From positions 33,306 to 97,305 of the forward strand of contig DYOP01000001.1 of NCBI GenBank assembly GCA_020720425.1: a DNA stretch of 64,000 nt. Reading direction: 5' to 3'. The position numbers were made by a program, and so were the translations under genes. Source of the DNA: Bdellovibrio sp. (lineage in GTDB: Bacteria > Bdellovibrionota > Bdellovibrionia > Bdellovibrionales > Bdellovibrionaceae). Shown here piece after piece: positions 42,697 to 52,478 of this stretch (positions within the stretch are counted from its first letter, which is position 1; each line of letters begins with the position of its first letter). The notes below the pieces were generated by a model. That model saw only the letters and a program-made list of their open reading frames with translations. It made no database searches and was not told the origin of the DNA.

Positions 42697-44151
42697 TTAG
42701 GGTTTGTTTGCACTTGGTGCATAGTTAACAGGTGCCCCTGAAGCTTTAGTTTTATTTGATTGTGTTGTCGGCTCAAATCGTTTTGAGCCCAATGATCCCG
42801 AGTTAGCATTAAACTGAGGAGAGTATTCGGGCTCGGCTTCTTTAAAGCGGCCCAGCTCGGCTTCAAAGCTAAGCTTAACTGTTCCGGTGGGCCCATTTCT
42901 TTGTTTGCCAATAATAACTTCGGCACGACCTTTTTTATCTGAATCATCTTTATCATAATAGTCATCTCTGTAGAGTAGCATAATAACGTCAGCATCTTGT
43001 TCAATCGATCCAGACTCTCTTAAATCAGATAGCATAGGCCGTTTTTCTTGTCGTCCCTCCACGCCCCGATTAAGCTGAGCTAAGGCGATGACGGGTATCT
43101 GAAGCTCTTTAGCGATAGCCTTAAGGGTTCGTGAGATTTCAGCAACTTCTCTTTCGCGAGATTCAACCCGCTCTTTCATTTTCATGAGTTGAAGGTAATC
43201 AATAATGACACAATCAAGGCCATGTTGAGATTTAAGTTTGCGGCAGCGGCTTCGAATTTCGAGGGGGCTGACTGAAGAGGTATCATCAATAAATAATTTT
43301 GATTCGCTCAAAATGCTGGCGGCTTGAATCATGCGAGGCCAAGAGTATTCATCTAATTTTCCGGTTCGAGTTTCTTTCATGTTGATTTTAGCTACCATCG
43401 AAAGAAGTCTCGAAACCAAGGACTCTTTACTCATCTCTAACGAAAAATAAGCCACAGTCTTTTTTTCTTTTAGGGCCATGGTTTCGGCAATATTTAAACT
43501 AAAAGCTGTTTTTCCCATCGAGGGGCGAGCGGCAATAATAGTTAGCTCGCTAGGCTGAAAGCCTGAGGTCATTTTGTCTAATGAGGGAAGGCCCGAGGAG
43601 ATCCCTGTGATTTCAGAACCCTGTTGATATAAGGCTTCAATCTTGAGCATGGCTTGATGAACAATATTCATAGAGGGGACAAGCCCCTCGGAGGTTCGAT
43701 TTTCTGAAAGCTTAAAAAACTTTTCTTCTGCTTCGTCTAAAAAGTAACCAATACTTGAAAAGCTCTCTTGGTAAGCCTTATCGGCAATTTCATTTGAAGC
43801 TAAAATAGCTAGACGTAAAACACTTTTGTCTTTTACAAGGTTAGCATACATTTCAATGTTCACAGCAGAAATGGTGTTACCTACCAGTTCAGAAATATAA
43901 TCATGCCCCCCGACGCTAATAATTTCTGATTTTGTCTGAAGGTAGTCGGTAACAGTTATTAAATCAATCGGCTGACCTTTTTGATTAAGCTCTCTCATGG
44001 CCTTATAAATAATCTGGTGACTTTTTAAGTAAAAATCAGATTCGCTAAGAATGGCGCTGACATCATCCCAAGTTGATGAGTCGAGCATAATTGAACCTAA
44101 AACAAGCTTTTCTGCTTCGGTATTATTTGGTGGAACTTTAAGTTGTGCCAT
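42697..44151 (-). CDS. dnaB: replicative DNA helicase DnaB
   Basis: 484 aa. PPNNTEAEKLVLGSIM N-terminus, Walker A ARPSMGKTAFSLN, IIDYLQLM, SRTLKAIAKELQIPVIALAQLNR. Has a ~45-aa low-complexity C-terminal tail. Confidence 0.95.
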   Translation of the reverse strand: MAQLKVPPNNTEAEKLVLGSIMLDSSTWDDVSAILSESDFYLKSHQIIYKAMRELNQKGQPIDLITVTDYLQTKSEIISVGGHDYISELVGNTISAVNIEMYANLVKDKSVLRLAILASNEIADKAYQESFSSIGYFLDEAEEKFFKLSENRTSEGLVPSMNIVHQAMLKIEALYQQGSEITGISSGLPSLDKMTSGFQPSELTIIAARPSMGKTAFSLNIAETMALKEKKTVAYFSLEMSKESLVSRLLSMVAKINMKETRTGKLDEYSWPRMIQAASILSESKLFIDDTSSVSPLEIRSRCRKLKSQHGLDCVIIDYLQLMKMKERVESREREVAEISRTLKAIAKELQIPVIALAQLNRGVEGRQEKRPMLSDLRESGSIEQDADVIMLLYRDDYYDKDDSDKKGRAEVIIGKQRNGPTGTVKLSFEAELGRFKEAEPEYSPQFNANSGSLGSKRFEPTTQSNKTKASGAPVNYAPSANKP

Positions 44152-44265
44152 ATTCCCCCCCTCAGGGTAAAGCCAATCGCCATTTGATAAGTTACTTAAA
44201 ATAAAAAAAGGTTAACAAGATCCTTTGTTTATAAAAAGCAACAAACGTAGCTTAGCATAAACAGT

Positions 44266-44550
44266 TTATCGAATTTGAATTTGATAGTGATCAATTTTTT
44301 TCTTTAATGTGTTGCGGTTAATGCCCAGCATTTGAGCGGTTTTGACCTGGTTGCCGTGCTGATTGCGAAGTGCCAATTCGATCAATGGTTTTTCGACTTG
44401 TTCCATAACAATTTCATAAAGATCTTTAACTTCAAGATTAGACTGCATTTTTTGTAAAAATAAAACCTCAAGTTTTGAGCGAACAAGTTTTTCAAGACTT
44501 GTTGAGGCTAGGTTAGCGACAAGTAGATTTTCAGACTGATTTAGTTGCAT
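44266..44550 (-). CDS. Fis-family HTH DNA-binding protein
   Basis: C-terminal HTH_8 (GNQVKTAQMLGINRNTLKKKI). ATG at 44550 is preceded by AAGGGGAG and lies 4 nt after the queE stop. Confidence 0.75.
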   Translation of the reverse strand: MQLNQSENLLVANLASTSLEKLVRSKLEVLFLQKMQSNLEVKDLYEIVMEQVEKPLIELALRNQHGNQVKTAQMLGINRNTLKKKIDHYQIQIR

Positions 44551-44554
44551 AAAG

Positions 44555-45238
44555 TTAAACTCCCCTTTGTTCTGCATTCCAAATATATTTATGTTGCTGT
44601 AATTGCAAGCGTGCAGAGATTTTTTTTTCTAAAATTTGCTCAGCTAGCCAAAAAGGCTCGATTAAGCCCCAAGCGGGACTTAATAACACAGTGAATTTAT
44701 CAAAAATCAAATGTTGACGGCAAAAAGAAATAGCCCAGTCAAAATCGGCTTTTGAGCAAATCACAAATTTAAGCTCAAGATTTGTTGCCTTTAAGTTTTC
44801 TAATAAAAAAGTATCCGCAGCTCCCGAATCAGGGGTTTTGATATCAACTACGGCAAGAGCTCTCGGGTCTAGGTTTAAAACTGACTTAGCCCCACTGGTT
44901 TCGACAGATACTTTATAGTTTAAATCACACAAAGTTTTTACTAAATCAAACACGGGGGGCTGTAAAAGAGGTTCTCCGCCCGTGACACAAACAAAGCCAT
45001 TGGGGTTGCCATAGGCTTTAATTTTAAGAACAATTTGATCAATTGTTAAATAGTCACCTTCAAAATAAGAATATTTAGAATCGCAATAATGGCATCTTAA
45101 ATGGCACCCCGTAGTTCTAACAAAAACAGTCGGTTGGCCGGCATAAGAACTTTCACCTTGGATGCTATAAAAAAACTCGTTAATTTTTATCATGTGTTTA
45201 GAGTTAGACTTTTGTCTTAATAGCTCGTCTTCTGTCAA
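44555..45238 (-). CDS. queE: 7-carboxy-7-deazaguanine synthase (radical SAM)
   Basis: 227 aa. FYSIQGES, cluster CHLRCHYCDS, VTGGEPLLQ. Confidence 0.88.
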   Translation of the reverse strand: MTEDELLRQKSNSKHMIKINEFFYSIQGESSYAGQPTVFVRTTGCHLRCHYCDSKYSYFEGDYLTIDQIVLKIKAYGNPNGFVCVTGGEPLLQPPVFDLVKTLCDLNYKVSVETSGAKSVLNLDPRALAVVDIKTPDSGAADTFLLENLKATNLELKFVICSKADFDWAISFCRQHLIFDKFTVLLSPAWGLIEPFWLAEQILEKKISARLQLQQHKYIWNAEQRGV

Positions 45239-45289
45239 GAAAGTTCATTCTGGCCTTTTCGATGGCGTTAAAAAATTTAAAAATACCTT

Positions 45290-47710
45290 ATGCCTTTTAA
45301 AAAATTAAAATTAGAACTTATTGCAATTGTATGGCTTAGCATTTCAGTATTCATAGGGCTTGCTCTGTGGAGCTATCACCCCCAGGACACCTCATTAAGC
45401 TCTCTGAGCTGGGGCCAAGCGCCTTTAAACTGGTGTGGGGTTTTAGGTAGTTTTTTATCTGATTTTTTATTAAAAACTTTTGGATTGGCGGCTTGGTTTA
45501 TTCCGGTCGGGGCATTATTTTTGAGTCTTAAAATATTTGTGAATCAAAAATACGAATCAGATTATATTAAATCGTTATGGGGACTATCTCTTTTATTAAT
45601 TAGCGCGGCACTTATACAAATATATTTTGTTAACAATAAGTTTTATCAAGGCTCTATTTCGTCGGGTGGAATTTTAGGAGAAATTTTGGCTAAAGGCTTT
45701 GTGCTAGCCCTGAATCGCTCGGGTGCTATGGTCATTTTTTGGTCGGCCTGGCTGATGAGTTTTGTTATGTTTTTTGAACAAAGCATGAGTGGACTACTTT
45801 CTGCAGGAATTAAAACCGTTTACTTTGTAATAAGACATACAATCAATAAATTAAATTTATTTTTCTTTGGATTATGGGCGGGTGTAAAAAAATTATTTAA
45901 GGTGAGAAAAGAAAAAAGCAGTTACAGCTTAAACCATTTATTTTTATCTGAAAATACCACGGCTAAGGCAAGCGTAAAAAACAAAGATGCATTCTTGTTA
46001 GGAAAAAGCATAGGTAAAAATAAAGAAATTGATAGTAAAGACCTGTTTGAATCTAAAAATGAGACAGAAAGAGCAGATGACACCGAAAATGCTGAAGCCC
46101 AAGAAAATACATTATTTGGCCAGCTAAAGTATGATCAAAAAACAACTGTTTTAAATAAGACCAAAAAAGCAATTTTCAGGTCTCAAAATCGCACTGAGAA
46201 AGTTGAAAATTGGACCTTACCTAATTTGAATCTTATCGAAGACCCTCCGCCATCAAGAGTTCGAATTGATACGTCCGAAATCAAAGACAAGGCTAAAATC
46301 TTAAAAGAAAAATTATCCCTGTTTGGTGTTACCGGTGAAATTGTTAACTCTAAAGCGGGTCCGGCTGTTACTTTATACGAGTTTCGCCCCGAAAGCCGAG
46401 TCAAAATAAGTAAAATTACTGAACTGGCAGACGATTTAACGATGGCCTTGTCAAGTCAATCACTCAGAATTATTGCCCCCATTCCAGGGCGAGATGTTGT
46501 GGGCGTTGAAACTGCAAATAAATCACGAGAAACTGTATATTTAAAAGATATGCTAGCAGAGGATCGTTTTTGGTCAGATGAGTTTATGTTACCAATGGCA
46601 TTGGGCCGAAAGGTCGATGGGGGAGTAGAAATTGTTGACCTCCGTAAAATGCCTCATCTTTTAGTGGCAGGGACAACGGGCTCTGGTAAGTCTGTGTTTA
46701 CCGTCTCAACAATTATTGGTCTTTTATATAAGCACTCGCCTAAAACCTTAAAGTTAATATTAATTGATCCCAAACATGTTGATTTGGCGGCTTTTGAGAG
46801 CGTCCCCCATTTGGCTATGCCTATTGTTACCGAGGCAAGGCAGGCTGTTATGGCCCTTAAATGGGCCGTTAACGAAATGGAAAAAAGATATCGTTCGATG
46901 AGTCAGTTTGGGGCTCGTGGAATTGAGACATTTAATGAAACTGCATCTAAATTAAATTTAGAGCAAAAAAAAGAGCACGAACAGGCCAACTTTGACTTTG
47001 AAAATACACCGGGAAAGCGCGGCGAGGCCTATTATTACGAGCCTCAGCCCTATCTGGTTATTGTGGTCGAAGAGTTTGCAGATTTAATGACAGTAGATAA
47101 AGGTAATGTTGAGCAGTCGGTTATTCGGCTTGCACAAAAAGCAAGAGCCTGCGGTATACATTTGGTTTTATGTTTGCAATCCCCAAGAAAAGAATTTGTT
47201 ACCGGAGCAATTAAGTCTAATATCCCGGGGCGAATTGCCTTTAAAGCCGCAAGCTCTATGGAATCGCGAATTATATTAGATGAAGGTGGGGCTGAAAGGC
47301 TTTTGGCCTCGGGTGATATGTTATACCGAGGACCTGGGTCAGCGCATGTAATTAGGCATCATGGGCCTTTTTTAAAAGATGATGATATTAAAAAAATCAC
47401 TCAGTTTTGGTCTGATCAGGGGGAGCCTGATTTTAGCGTGACCCATTTAAATGAAGAGGCCAATAAGGCCAATGGGAGCGATAGCAATTTTGGATTAGCA
47501 TGTGATGACCAAGACGAAAGACATGGTGAAGTGCTTGATTGGATCCAAACGCAAAAAGAGGTTAGCGCTTCGTTAATTCAGCGAAGATTTGCCTTGGGTT
47601 ACCCAAGGGCTGCGAGATTAATCGAATCATTTGAAAAAGAGGGCGTGGTTGGCCCAGCCAATGGCAGTAAGCCTCGCACGGTTTTAATTCATAACCTAAG
47701 AGAACTGTAG
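45290..47710 (+). CDS. ftsK: DNA translocase FtsK
   Basis: 806 aa. 4-5 N-terminal TM segments, linker, motor with Walker A GTTGSGKSV and Walker B VVEEFADLM, gamma wHTH (ASLIQRRFALGYPRAARLIESFEKEGVVGP). Confidence 0.95.
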   Translation: MPFKKLKLELIAIVWLSISVFIGLALWSYHPQDTSLSSLSWGQAPLNWCGVLGSFLSDFLLKTFGLAAWFIPVGALFLSLKIFVNQKYESDYIKSLWGLSLLLISAALIQIYFVNNKFYQGSISSGGILGEILAKGFVLALNRSGAMVIFWSAWLMSFVMFFEQSMSGLLSAGIKTVYFVIRHTINKLNLFFFGLWAGVKKLFKVRKEKSSYSLNHLFLSENTTAKASVKNKDAFLLGKSIGKNKEIDSKDLFESKNETERADDTENAEAQENTLFGQLKYDQKTTVLNKTKKAIFRSQNRTEKVENWTLPNLNLIEDPPPSRVRIDTSEIKDKAKILKEKLSLFGVTGEIVNSKAGPAVTLYEFRPESRVKISKITELADDLTMALSSQSLRIIAPIPGRDVVGVETANKSRETVYLKDMLAEDRFWSDEFMLPMALGRKVDGGVEIVDLRKMPHLLVAGTTGSGKSVFTVSTIIGLLYKHSPKTLKLILIDPKHVDLAAFESVPHLAMPIVTEARQAVMALKWAVNEMEKRYRSMSQFGARGIETFNETASKLNLEQKKEHEQANFDFENTPGKRGEAYYYEPQPYLVIVVEEFADLMTVDKGNVEQSVIRLAQKARACGIHLVLCLQSPRKEFVTGAIKSNIPGRIAFKAASSMESRIILDEGGAERLLASGDMLYRGPGSAHVIRHHGPFLKDDDIKKITQFWSDQGEPDFSVTHLNEEANKANGSDSNFGLACDDQDERHGEVLDWIQTQKEVSASLIQRRFALGYPRAARLIESFEKEGVVGPANGSKPRTVLIHNLREL

Positions 47711-47744
47711 ATTAAAAGGCATCCCATAAAATGCGCGATCAAAT

Positions 47745-48764
47745 TTATATTAAACTCAAGGTGGCCGCTTTTTGAATGCGGTCCCATAGCGGGAGCCAGT
47801 CACCGCTCATTTGATCAGGCGAAATTTTTAAATAAATTAAATCAGATAAAGGCTCACGACTAGCGGTGTGAAGTAATGAGTAAAATAGCCTTGCTGCAAT
47901 CTGCGGAGTTTGTGGCAAATCAATTGTGGTAACCTCTTTGGGGTTATCAAGTTTAATTAGATGCGAAGAGGGTTTGGTGCTATTGTTATCAACAATAAAT
48001 TGTTTATATTTTAAAATAATTTCTTCGTTCGAAAGGTTTTGAGTTGAGACAATCAGGGGCTTGAGCGGCATATAGTGATATTCAAGGGAGCCCGGAGAAA
48101 CCGCAAGATCTGTGGACTCTGTCCCCGATTTTGGGGCCATGGCCCAATGGGGCTGTTCAGCAAGAGGCAGTTGAGTTAGGGCTTTTTCAATTTGAATTTG
48201 AGAAATAAGGCCGGGCCGCAAAATTCTTATTTGTTTAGGTATTGATAAATCGACAATTGTACTTTCAATCCCAATTTGGCAGGGGCCACCATCAACAACG
48301 GGCAAAGTGTTACTAAGCCCCAGTAACACATGGTCAGCTTGAGTCGGGCTTGTATGGCCAAAAAGATTGGCGCTAGGGGCTGCCAAGGGGCCGCATTGAT
48401 TAATTATTTCAAGAGCGAGGGGGTGATTTGGCATTCTTAGACCAACGGTATTAAGGCCAGAAGTAATTAAGTCACAGATCGTATTATTTTTTTGTAAGAC
48501 AAGAGTCAGTGGGCCGGGCCAAAACTTTTGAGCTAATATTTCAGCTTCTGGGGGCCAAAGGGCTGTGCTGTTTTTAGCTTGATCAATATTTGAAACATGA
48601 ACAATCAAAGGATCAAAAAAAGGTCTTTTTTTGATAGAAAAAATAGAAGATAAGGCGTTTGGCTTATTGATGGGAGCTGCTAAACCATAAACAGTTTCCG
48701 TAGGTATGGCCACAACCTGGCCAGAGTTTAATAAAGCAATGGCTTGACTGGTTGTGACCAACAT
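47745..48764 (-). CDS. tsaC: L-threonylcarbamoyladenylate synthase (Sua5/YrdC type with C-terminal Sua5 domain)
   Basis: 339 aa. AIPTETVYGLAA, GLRMPNHP, APSANLFG. Confidence 0.88.
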   Translation of the reverse strand: MLVTTSQAIALLNSGQVVAIPTETVYGLAAPINKPNALSSIFSIKKRPFFDPLIVHVSNIDQAKNSTALWPPEAEILAQKFWPGPLTLVLQKNNTICDLITSGLNTVGLRMPNHPLALEIINQCGPLAAPSANLFGHTSPTQADHVLLGLSNTLPVVDGGPCQIGIESTIVDLSIPKQIRILRPGLISQIQIEKALTQLPLAEQPHWAMAPKSGTESTDLAVSPGSLEYHYMPLKPLIVSTQNLSNEEIILKYKQFIVDNNSTKPSSHLIKLDNPKEVTTIDLPQTPQIAARLFYSLLHTASREPLSDLIYLKISPDQMSGDWLPLWDRIQKAATLSLI

Positions 48765-48783
48765 AAATTAACAGAGTAGCTAA

Positions 48784-49146
48784 TTAGTAGCGAGATCCGC
48801 CGCCGCCACCAGGACCGCTGCGTCTGGGGCCACCGCCGCCGCCACCACCGCTGCCAAAGCGTCGACCGCCACCGCCGCCGCCACCGGGACGACGCTCTTC
48901 TTGAGGGCGAGCTTCAGATACGTTAATGTTTCGGCCCATAAAGTCTTGACCGTTTAGACCTTCAATTGCTCTTGAAGCAGCAGAAGCATCAGCGAACTCA
49001 ACAAAGCCAAAGCCTTTTGAGCGACCTGATTCGCGATCTGTTACCACGCGAGCTGAAGTGATTTCTCCAAATGAAGAAAATTTATCGCCTAATGCTTGAT
49101 CATCACAAGTATAAGGCAAGTTACCGACGTAGAGTTTTGTGCTCAT
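48784..49146 (-). CDS. RRM-type RNA-binding protein with Gly/Arg-rich (RGG) tail
   Basis: RNP2 LYVGNLPY, RNP1 KGFGFVEF, tail RPGGGGGGGRRFGSGGGGGGGPRRSGPGGGGGSRY. ATG at 49146 follows GGAAAG; the track ORF starts further upstream at 49218. Confidence 0.88.
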   Translation of the reverse strand: MSTKLYVGNLPYTCDDQALGDKFSSFGEITSARVVTDRESGRSKGFGFVEFADASAASRAIEGLNGQDFMGRNINVSEARPQEERRPGGGGGGGRRFGSGGGGGGGPRRSGPGGGGGSRY

Positions 49147-49300
49147 GGTCTTTCCTTTCGTAAAATGAAAGAGTGTGTCCCCCTCTTTCAAAGCTATTAT
49201 TAACCGACCATGAGTCATTTATTTGTCACGGAAGCGGTATAGACACAAAACGCATCTTAGACCCTATTTTTAAAAAAAGCAAGAGCCTTGGTTTAAGTTA

Positions 49301-49789
49301 TTAATGATGATGGTGGCCGCCAGGACCATGGGCGTGACCGTGAGATATTTCTTCGGGGGTGGCCGGCCTCATATCTATCATTTCCACATCAAAAACAAGG
49401 TCTTGGCCAGCCAAGGGGTGGTTGCCATCAAGGGTAATTATTTCTTCCGTGACCTTTGTTATTTGAACAACTTTAAGCTGTTCGCCCAGATTGAGTTGTA
49501 AAAAACCACCCTCTTTTATGTCAAGATGCGCAAGTTCAGTGGCGGGTACTTCCATTAGCATTTTAGGGTTAGGTATGCCGTAGGCATCATCAGCCGATAA
49601 AGAAACTGTTTTTTTTTGTCCTATAAGCATTTCCAAAAGTGCTATTTCAAGTTTTGGAAGAATTTGGCCAATTCCACTTAAAAAACTCATCGGGCCATCA
49701 AAAGAAGAGTCAAGCAGATCTCCTGCTGTATTTTTAAGAGTATAATTAAAAGAAATTACTTTTTTTTGCGCACTCAGTGGGTCAACCAT
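49301..49789 (-). CDS. slyD: FKBP-type peptidyl-prolyl isomerase, SlyD-like, with His-rich tail
   Basis: 162 aa. FKBP core with an insert-in-flap-like region (HPLAGQDLVFDVEMIDM). C-terminus HGHAHGPGGHHHH. Confidence 0.8.
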   Translation of the reverse strand: MVDPLSAQKKVISFNYTLKNTAGDLLDSSFDGPMSFLSGIGQILPKLEIALLEMLIGQKKTVSLSADDAYGIPNPKMLMEVPATELAHLDIKEGGFLQLNLGEQLKVVQITKVTEEIITLDGNHPLAGQDLVFDVEMIDMRPATPEEISHGHAHGPGGHHHH

Positions 49790-50078
49790 GCTTCCTCCAA
49801 CTTAGATTTTATAGGCCTGCGATATGATACTATTTAGCTAATCATAAAGAGCTGAAAGGGTACTAAATCAAGAAAAAAATAAAAAAGTGATAAATAATAT
49901 TTTTTTATTTTGTAAATTTTGATTCTGACGTTCAAGAACTTTTAAGGTGGTCTATGCCTTACTCGGCTCTAAAATTAGTTTAAGTGAAGGGCAGACCAAG
50001 GGATAGAAAATAAATTAATAAATAGCAGTAATGATCAAAAGGATTGAAAACAATCAGGAATAAATTTATGCTAATAAA

Positions 50079-51983
50079 ATGAAAATTTTAAAATACAATG
50101 TTCTTATATTATTTTGCGTGGCGGCCTCTATCACGGGTTATTCCCAGACAAAAAATTGTTTACTCTGTGATTTTAAAATGCCCTCTGAATCTTCAAAACC
50201 TGGAGGAGCTGACCCTTGCTTTGATTTGTTTGAAGCTTCTTGCATGGGAGCTGATGGAAAATCTAAATTCCAAGGAGATCCCGAAAAACTTTCCAATGAT
50301 ATGCTGAATACAGTAAAAGAAGCTAGAGATAAGACAGCAAAAGAAATGGGTTTTAAAAATATTGATGATGCAATTAAAAATAAACTTAAAAGTGCTGGCA
50401 TTGATTTAAGGGACAATATAGATGATAAGGCTTTTAAAAACCTCAAAAATGAGGACGGCACTCTTTGGCAAACTACTGAAGACAGCAGAAAGATCTATTC
50501 ATCGGTTGAGCAATGTGTCAAAGATGAATATGAGCTTATGAACGCCTCAAACGGCACTCTGGACGGAGCTTCTGCGTTGAAGGACTTAATTAAAAAATAT
50601 GAAGCTTTTAACTTAAAATATCATAGTTTGACTATAAAGCTCTATGCTAAAGACATCCCAAACTTTGTTAACAACAATATTGCAACCCAATGTAAGCAAT
50701 TAAAGAACTCATCTCATTCCTATAAACCAGACGAAAATCAAAAAGCCTTAAATGCCTGCGAAAACTTTGAAAAAATTAAAAGGCAAGCGATAGAATTATA
50801 CAGATTAGAGGGAACAGCTGATTATGATAAAAAGGCAGAAGAATTTGTTCAAAAAAATATACCTTCTGAACTACAGTCTAACAATACCCCTTTTGCAAGC
50901 AAACCAACTAAAACACAAGGAATAGAAAAAACAGAAACGGAAAAGTTAAGAGAAACAATAGAAGCTTTGGAAAAAAAAAGACTTAATGTTTGCCCGACCC
51001 TTTCTTCAGTCACAGCAAATGTAGCTCGTAAAGTTGTTCAGGACTTTTTTGAAAAGGTCTCTAAATCAAAAACTACAGTAGACAGTCTTATTGAAGCTCA
51101 TTATAATGAGAGCAGAAAAAAACAAGCCGCATTGATATTTAACTCAGCCAAAGCGGATATTCAGGATCTTGTAGGTGCTTTTGTTAAAGACAATCAAAAA
51201 AGAGGCGACATACTTGATGGATATGATTCGTTAGAACTTTTTTGGATGGAAAAGCCAAAAGACTCTGCCTATTCAACAATAGATGGTATAAAATTTCTGG
51301 ATATTGAAAAAGCAAACACAAAGGGTCTTGCTATCGTCGAAGCTTTTTCGGATCCCTCCCTCTCTTTTTTTCGTGAGCTAAATGCGTTTTATACCGCATC
51401 GGGCTACGAACGTGTTACTATGATGCCCGCTTTTTTACATGTCCTAGAGAAAAATCCATATTCTTTTTTATCAGTTGTTGCTCACGAAGTAGGCCATAAG
51501 ATTGGTCCGATGGTTAGTAAAGTGAAAGACTATGATCTAGGGCCAGAGTATAGAGAATTGCTGAACTGCTATAAAGATAGTAAATCTATTAAGCTCAAAG
51601 AGGTTCAAACTGATGAGGTCATTGCCGATTATATTTCTTCTGAAGTCTTGGCAAGGCAAATACAGAAACTTCCATCAGAGAAAAGAAAACAAGCTCTCAT
51701 GTCGTCCGTTGAACTTTATTGTTTATTTGATCAAAACAAACATCACCTTCATTCCATTTCTTGCACGTCTATCCACCCAGAAAATTCATTAAGAGTTAGT
51801 GGCATATATGGTTCAAACCCAAGCATAAGAAAAATAATGGGATGCGAAAAAGATTCTCCCAAATTTAAAACCTGCGGACTTAAGACTTCAATTTTAAATA
51901 TACCAGAAGTTGGTCCTGCCAAGAGCGAAAATGCGAACTCTAAACCTAAAACAGATAGTGAAACGAATAAAGGTGTAAGATGA
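50079..51983 (+). CDS. secreted zinc metallopeptidase, divergent M13 (neprilysin/PepO)-like
   Basis: 634 aa. Signal peptide. N-terminal DPCFDLFEASCMG resembles M13 PCxDFYxYxCG. HExxH in VVAHEVGHKIG. Downstream EVIADYISS resembles M13 ENIAD. Confidence 0.6.
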   Translation: MKILKYNVLILFCVAASITGYSQTKNCLLCDFKMPSESSKPGGADPCFDLFEASCMGADGKSKFQGDPEKLSNDMLNTVKEARDKTAKEMGFKNIDDAIKNKLKSAGIDLRDNIDDKAFKNLKNEDGTLWQTTEDSRKIYSSVEQCVKDEYELMNASNGTLDGASALKDLIKKYEAFNLKYHSLTIKLYAKDIPNFVNNNIATQCKQLKNSSHSYKPDENQKALNACENFEKIKRQAIELYRLEGTADYDKKAEEFVQKNIPSELQSNNTPFASKPTKTQGIEKTETEKLRETIEALEKKRLNVCPTLSSVTANVARKVVQDFFEKVSKSKTTVDSLIEAHYNESRKKQAALIFNSAKADIQDLVGAFVKDNQKRGDILDGYDSLELFWMEKPKDSAYSTIDGIKFLDIEKANTKGLAIVEAFSDPSLSFFRELNAFYTASGYERVTMMPAFLHVLEKNPYSFLSVVAHEVGHKIGPMVSKVKDYDLGPEYRELLNCYKDSKSIKLKEVQTDEVIADYISSEVLARQIQKLPSEKRKQALMSSVELYCLFDQNKHHLHSISCTSIHPENSLRVSGIYGSNPSIRKIMGCEKDSPKFKTCGLKTSILNIPEVGPAKSENANSKPKTDSETNKGVR

Positions 51984-52381
51984 AAAAAATAATGATAATT
52001 TTAACTTTTTTATTTTCTGCGACGAGTACCTTTGCCCAGCCATATTTATTAGAGGTTCATTTTGAAAAGAATAAATTAGAACATCAATATTTAATTAAAA
52101 AGGACCCCCAAAAAGATAATAAGTATATCTTTACTTTTGTTAATGAAAAACGGGAAATTAAAAATAAACACATTACTTCGGGTCAATTTGAGCAAATTAA
52201 GAATGAAGCAAATCGGTTGCTTTGGGAAAATCAATATAGAAACCCTTCATCATTTGATAAATGCAAAGAGTATATGACATTGAAAATAGGAAATGAAAAA
52301 ACGAGAGTTTGCCAACAGAACATTAACCTAACTGGTAAATCCTATGGATTTTTAAACTCGCTCCATAATCTGGCCAAATAA
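51980..52381 (+). CDS. hypothetical small secreted protein
   Basis: 133 aa. Signal peptide MKKIMIILTFLFSATSTFA. Its start overlaps the peptidase stop (ATGA), implying co-translation. Confidence 0.5.
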   Translation: MKKIMIILTFLFSATSTFAQPYLLEVHFEKNKLEHQYLIKKDPQKDNKYIFTFVNEKREIKNKHITSGQFEQIKNEANRLLWENQYRNPSSFDKCKEYMTLKIGNEKTRVCQQNINLTGKSYGFLNSLHNLAK

Positions 52382-52478
52382 TTCAGGTTGATGGTTCGGG
52401 CCGGCGCATCAAGTCATGTCTTAAGTTATATCAGAAAAAAATAGGAGATTCTGCTCTGGTAACCCTACAATTAAAGGG

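Noticed and set aside
42690-43004. 104-aa same-strand alternative-frame ORF over the dnaB 3' end.
   Set aside because: It overlaps the conserved DnaB C-terminal domain. It has no RBS or motif, so it is most likely a frame artefact.
48784-48900. A sharp GC-rich island (CCGCCGCC runs) that might suggest foreign DNA or a repeat element.
   Set aside because: It is fully explained by GGN/CGN codons of the Gly/Arg tail of the RRM protein, read in frame.
49949-49997. Imperfect hairpin (GGTCT..GCC / GGCAGACC) in the 289-bp slyD/M13-peptidase divergent spacer; considered as a riboswitch.
   Set aside because: It has an 8-9 bp stem with a bulge and a ~31-nt loop. It resembles no riboswitch class I know.
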